NCBI GenBank assembly: GCA_964016885.1
Contig: OZ024745.1
Span: 72,416,001 to 72,480,000, forward strand
Origin: Eledone cirrhosa
Lineage: Eukaryota
Direction of reading: 5' to 3'
DNA: 64,000 nt
A program made the translations under genes and the position numbers. The notes under the pieces were generated by a model. It searched no databases. It was not told the DNA's origin and was given only the letters and a program-made list of their open reading frames with translations. This document shows, in pieces, positions 58,567 to 64,000 of the stretch (position 1 is its first letter; each line of letters starts with the position of its first letter).

Positions 58567-59509
58567 ATTAATATAATATTTTATTTCGAAATTGGTTGAC
58601 TAGAGAAGCATTAGAAATGTTTGAAATTATATCTGATTCTTCCGTTACTGTATGTCCAATTATGTACACTGTATTTGAATTAATACTAATAAATTTGAAG
58701 GAATTTTCTGAAACTATTAATTATTTCTTTATTAAGATGGAGCTTGTAATATAACTTAACAAATGTATAATTATGCTGGAAGGTTTTAATTTGAATGATT
58801 ATTTTTGTTTCATAAAACTAGCGTTAAATAGCGTTAAATATCAGTTGGTCAAGATATATTCCAAATGAATTTTTATTTTCGATGGCATTGTTATACTGTT
58901 CTCCATGTGAGATACTATGTTGCTGCCAATTTTGACAAGCCGTGATCAAACGCAATAATGAGAAAATCAAGTGACTCCTACTCTTTTATCACCTTTTTAC
59001 TGATTTTAGCCCTATTCCGAGTTTCATTTTATCCAAAAATATATTTTACATCATAGGTCGGAAGTAATATGTTATTATTTTGCTCCAAATTAGCTAGTCC
59101 CAGAAATTCAGCTATAGCTCTACTGAAAGTAGGTTAATGTATTTTTGACACATTGTAATCTGAGGTATCCATTACCATCATCATTGGAGTAGGGTAATTC
59201 GAAAGTAGGTTGGTATTCCCGGTATCGAATTATGTTATAATTTTAGAAACTAACCGGGTTTCTATCGAACAATAAACTTAAATGTGTCTTTCAGCTGGGG
59301 GCATTCCTGGTTGATATCAGATGGCTATTTCTTACTGATGTTAAACTAGGGTATTCATTTTTTTTCAAAATGTTAATCTGGAATATCTGTGTTTGATATT
59401 AAACAGTGTTATCTGATATTATAATGACGTATCTATTCATATTAAAATCTGACAAATATGTTTAATATGAAAATCCGGTGCAGAAACTTAATAACAATTT
59501 ACGGAATTC

Positions 59510-60578
59510 ATGAAAAAAGTGGCCCCAAACGGGGAGAAATGGAGCGAAAGGGTGAGATTTTACATAATTGTTTCTACTGTTGGCACAAGGCCAGCAATTA
59601 CACAGTGTATTACTGGTACTTTATTTTATCGACCCCGTAACGATGAAAGGCAAAGTTAACCTCGGCGAGATTTTACATAATGAAAGCTATACCCATTTTC
59701 ACAAGAGAAGATATTCCTCATCCACCCCAAAGCGGGTGGGAGATCTCCCCGTCGGACGGGGAGTGTTGACAGGTCTGATAAAAGTACACAAAAATTTGAA
59801 AGGTATGATATAAGTACGAACTAGTAATCTTATCAACTTCTTTCCAAAATAACAGCCAGAAAGAATTAAAATTCAATATTTTCTTTCATCATTAGTAATG
59901 GTGTAAAATGCTTTTGAATATGAATAGCAATATATCAGTTATGACTAATTAATGTATGTGCTAATAAAATAACCCCTACACGGTCGTTCAATCTGTTAAA
60001 AATATCAACCCTCGGTTAAACTTTATTAAGACGACCTAAACAATAACATTCAATCTGCGATCAGTATATTCTTTTGTATATCATTGATTACATTCTTCAA
60101 TGAAAACTTCATTTTGTTAGACATTAGGTGATATTACGTGATCACAGATTGAATGTTATTGTTTAGGTCGACTTAATAAAGTTTAACCGAGGGTTGATAT
60201 TTTTAACAGATTGAACGACCGTGTAGAGGTTATTTTATTAGCATACATTAATTAGTCATAACTGATATATTGCTATTCATATTCAAAAGCATTTTGCACC
60301 ATTACTAATGATGAAAGAAAATATTGAAATTTAATTCTTTCTGGCTGTTATTTTGGAAAGAAGTTGATAAGATTGCTAGTTTGTACTTATATCATATCTT
60401 TCAAATTTTTGTGTACTTTTATCAGACCTGTCAACTCTCCCCGTCCGACTGGGAGATCGCCCACCCCCATTGGGGTGGATGAGGAATATATTCTCTTGTG
60501 AAAATGAGTATAGCTTTCATTACGTAAAATCTCCCCATTTTGCCTCATTTCTCCCCGTTTTGGGGCACTTTTTTCATG
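59510..60578. repeat. ~1.07-kb inverted duplication (arms ~440 bp, spacer ~75 bp)
   Basis: 59510-60063 is the reverse complement of 60139-60578, apart from a SINE insert in the left arm. Confidence 0.9.
59569..59666 (-). mobile_element. 5'-truncated SINE with 15-bp target-site duplication
   Basis: gagattttacataat at 59554-59568 and 59667-59681. The empty site is visible in the right arm (~60519-60535). Confidence 0.85.
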
Positions 60579-60616
60579 GTACTCCTCGTTTGGGTTTTTA
60601 GAGGTTGGCAGGTCTG
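60423..60616. mobile_element. hAT-like MITE
   Basis: TIRs cagacctgtcaactct / agaggttggcaggtctg. TSD is not clean (ttttat / ttttgt). Confidence 0.55.
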
Positions 60617-60703
60617 TTTTGTGAATTCTTTGTTTTTTAAATGTTTTCTAACTTAGAATCAAGGGAAAAGGTCTATTATACCAACCTCAGTATTTACCAG
60701 TAT

Positions 60704-62151
60704 TTGATTTTATCGATCTCGGAATGACGAAAGGCAACGTTGATCTCGACGGGATTTGAAGATAAAGAGCCGGAATTAACACTTTAGAGAATTTGTTGAT
60801 GCTCTAACAATTCTGCTAGATAAAGTAGATACACTGTATATGAACATATAATGTGATGGATATCACTAAACCATCTTTAATCATAGGTTAGCTCTGACCT
60901 GGAGGTAAACAACAGTTTGTTTCATATTAAACTGAAGAAGTGGTTGGCAATGACATTGAAAATATATAAATAAGTTTTATCGATTTAGTTTTGGAATTTA
61001 ATTTTATTCCTTTGTTAACGTCTTTGCTCTAACATCAACTAAGACAATTGTCTTAAAAAACATTATACATGAGTACATTGGTAGAAATCTTGTACGTTAT
61101 AAAAAAAAAAAAAATAGGATGAGTTGGAGTCTCAATACGTAAACTAAACGTCTAATTCTGGTTTTTAAAAAATCAACGGACGTATCCTAGAAATATTATC
61201 TATTTTCCACCCCGCCCCTGCTTATCCCCCCCCCTCATTATTTGGGGCCCGAGAGTACTTGCATATTAACATATGTCACCCTCTACATAGTCGTTTGGCC
61301 TGCTAGAAAAAGCTATCTAATTTCTTTTAAGCTACACCCTACTGTCTTTAAACAGGATGTGTTGAATAATGTGATACAGCGTTCTATGCACATAATAAAT
61401 AAATGGATTGTCTCCGCTTGGAATGTCTTTCGTCATACGACTGTTTGACCAAGGATGACCCGGAGCTAAGGAAAACCAACAAGGAATAAATATGAAATGA
61501 GATTATTTAGAAGATTGACACAATTGTGTAATATGAAGCCTAAACTTTTAGACATTTTATTGAATTCGTTTGACGAAATATAAATATTTCAATAAGGTAA
61601 ATAAATGTAAACATCGCAACTAACATGACCGAATATTTAGTTTAGTAAGCATGCCATTAACATAATTCAAACTATCAAGTTTTGAGTTCATAGAAAAATA
61701 TACAGATGTTGGTAGTCTCTAAACGCGCAGCAGATATTAATCAAACTGTTTTATTCCTTGTCACCAGTCCATTGTTAAGTTAACACAAACTATAAGGATA
61801 TCATTATTGCGATGTTTAAAATATGAACAGTGGAAAAAATGTACTCTGTTTTATAGTTAGTAGTTTGAGAATTCAGAGACATTCGAACGTCGTATATAAT
61901 GCATTGTGTTGTTTGTTTCAGCTCTCTGCGTTCTGAATTCCAATCCCACCGAGATCAACTTTGCCTTTTATCGTTTTACTGGTGTTTGATTTTATCGATC
62001 GCGGAATGATGAAAGGCAACATTGATCTCGACGGGATTTGAAGGTAAAGAGCCGGAATTAACACTGCAGAGAATTTGTCGATGCTCTAACAATTCTGCTA
62101 GATAAAGTAGATACACTGTATATGAACATATAATGTGATGGGTATCACTAA
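60704..62151. repeat. ~165-bp direct repeats (60704-60870, 61986-62151)
   Basis: A diverged SINE piece and its flank (gataaagtagatacactgtatatgaacatataatgtgatgg) are duplicated together. Confidence 0.8.
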
Positions 62152-62614
62152 AACATAATACTAGTCATATCTAGATTAAAAATATTACTAGTCCAGTATT
62201 GAGGTCGATTCCCTCTCTATCAATCTTTCTCTCTCTTTCTCGTGAATAAATGGGCTCTACTTGGTTTTAAACAAATTGCCCCCAAAACATCGTATGTCAC
62301 TACACCCCCTACCTATGACTCCATCAAACGTTACAGGTACATAAGTATACATTAACTTCATATAATTCAAATAAAGTTATTTAAACACTTATTTAAACTG
62401 AAATAATATCGTCAAATGATATGTTAATTCTGCACAAATGCATTGATTATTTTGAAGTAGGTTTCGATGACAAAACTACAAAAGAAAATACAACAAAACT
62501 ACAAAAGGAAATAGAAAAAGTCAACAAGAAACAAACAATGTTCACATTTGATACCAAATTATATTTTTGTTTCGTAGCTATGAAATGAAATAATTTTTTC
62601 CACCAAGTCGAAAT

Positions 62615-62815
62615 ATTGGTTTCTGATTTATGCACAAGGCCAACACATTTGGGGGAGGGGAAAGTCGATTAAATCGACCATAGTGCATTACTGATACCTT
62701 ATTTTATCGACCCCATAAGGATGAAAAGCAAATCTAACATCGGCGGGATTTGAACTCAGTTTGTAAAGGGGTGTAACCCTATGCCATAAAACATTTGCAA
62801 CGCCCTGCCGCCTAT
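62615..62815 (-). mobile_element. tRNA-derived SINE (major family variant)
   Basis: gcacaaggcc...ttattttatcgacccc...gatgaaaagcaaa...ggcgggatttgaactcag. Confidence 0.75.
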
Positions 62816-64000
62816 CCACGTCGAAATATTAAAATCAAGTCATTTGATAAAGTGTATACTGACTACAATTAAACAAATACATAAACTGTCCCTTTAACAT
62901 ATTCATTGAACATAATCTCCAGGAATTTGTCATACTGAAAGTGTTTTATATCTCAAGCTGTTAAACGATTTCTGGTGTATCTGTAAATCGTATATTGGTA
63001 TTCCGAACAAGTTTCGTTGGTTGAATGTAGATATTTAAGCTGATATTTTGTCTTTTACTGTTTAAGGAGGTAGAGAAGCGGAGTAACCATGATTCTTTTC
63101 GGCAGAGCGGGTTCTCCTAAATGCACCAAAAAACTAGCTGGTGGAATAAAACCGGATGATCGATTAAGTCTACCACAGAATCAGGCCATAGTATAATTTG
63201 AATGATAAGTGCCAGAACAAATACCGCAAATACCGGCTCTCAAAAAATTCCACTAAGCTATTGTCCTGGTCTCCTGTTTTATTTTATCGATACCCCAAGA
63301 ATGAAAGATAAAGTTGACTTTGGCAGGTCTTGAACTCAGAGCACAGCAAGTCGAAATAAATCCTCAGAGCATTTTGTCATACGCTCTGGCGATTCGCCAC
63401 CATAGCTTCACGATTTCGCCGATTTTTTCTTGGAAAACGCACAAATGTTACAACCTCCCATTTCCAATTTCAACTTGTAAGAAGAAAAGTCAAGGTTGTA
63501 GCGAGTGTTGTAGTGTAAAATTTAATTTGCCAGTCAGCTAAATTTACAGCTTAGTTTAATACCTGTTAACTTTTTCAGTATTCATCATCTGGAGAAAGCT
63601 TCATTGAACTTACAAATAATATTCCAATCTATCTTAATGAATACTGGAAGGAGTCAAAAGACATTGGGAAATTTATCTTCTTGCTTAAAAAGCAATAACT
63701 TTATAAGCAGTATGTTATGGACCTTGAACACCAAAATAGGCTATTTGCTAAATATAAGAACTCACTGAGAGAATCGTACTATAAAAGTGTCGGGAGTGAC
63801 ATATTAGTGAGGCAGCTTGTTGTTTACAGATTTAGAAAAACCATTTATAAAATTATATAAAAATTATAAGGTTATATAGAACTAAATAGATCTACATAGA
63901 TAAGCAATCCAAATAACAGATAATGCTGAATATACAAGGTATCCAACCTTGTGAATATGTGCGGGTGACTATGAGTGTGACTGTGTGTCTGTGTGCGTGT

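Noticed and set aside
58570-59450. AT-rich non-repetitive stretch as decayed viral or Polinton coding sequence
   Set aside because: No ORF in the track and no motif recognised.

Overview
This is AT-rich, repeat-saturated eukaryotic (animal) DNA with no recognisable host protein-coding exon. The SINE types, the LINE mix and the very dense (TA)n/(CA)n/(TACA)n/(CAC)n microsatellites suggest a coleoid cephalopod such as Octopus, which is an inference. Most ORFs in the supplied track are microsatellite artefacts. The real coding remnants are all decayed retroelements: four Penelope-like element (PLE) fragments with RT and/or GIY-YIG endonuclease, two RTE LINEs, one CR1-type LINE, and short R4/Dong, CRE, RTE-X and possibly Tx1 3' ends. 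There are also many tRNA-derived SINEs and two small MITEs. The dominant hidden structure is about 20 asymmetric fold-back (inverted-repeat) units from about 10 apparently unrelated sequence families, almost all sitting between (TA)n tracts. By eye they carry about 30 hammerhead ribozyme (HHR) cores (CTGANGA-stem II-GAAA-short, often palindromic stem III-UH, closed by stem I). In three families the HHR sits directly 3' of PLE endonuclease coding sequence, so the units are mini Penelope pseudo-LTR insertions. They share a short-arm/long-arm architecture and, in most families, a RTTGAGY motif in the long-arm tail. Several carry unusual HHR variants: a U3:A8 core, long stem II inserts, and a possible type II topology. 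All coordinates and folds were read by eye and are approximate to a few nt.
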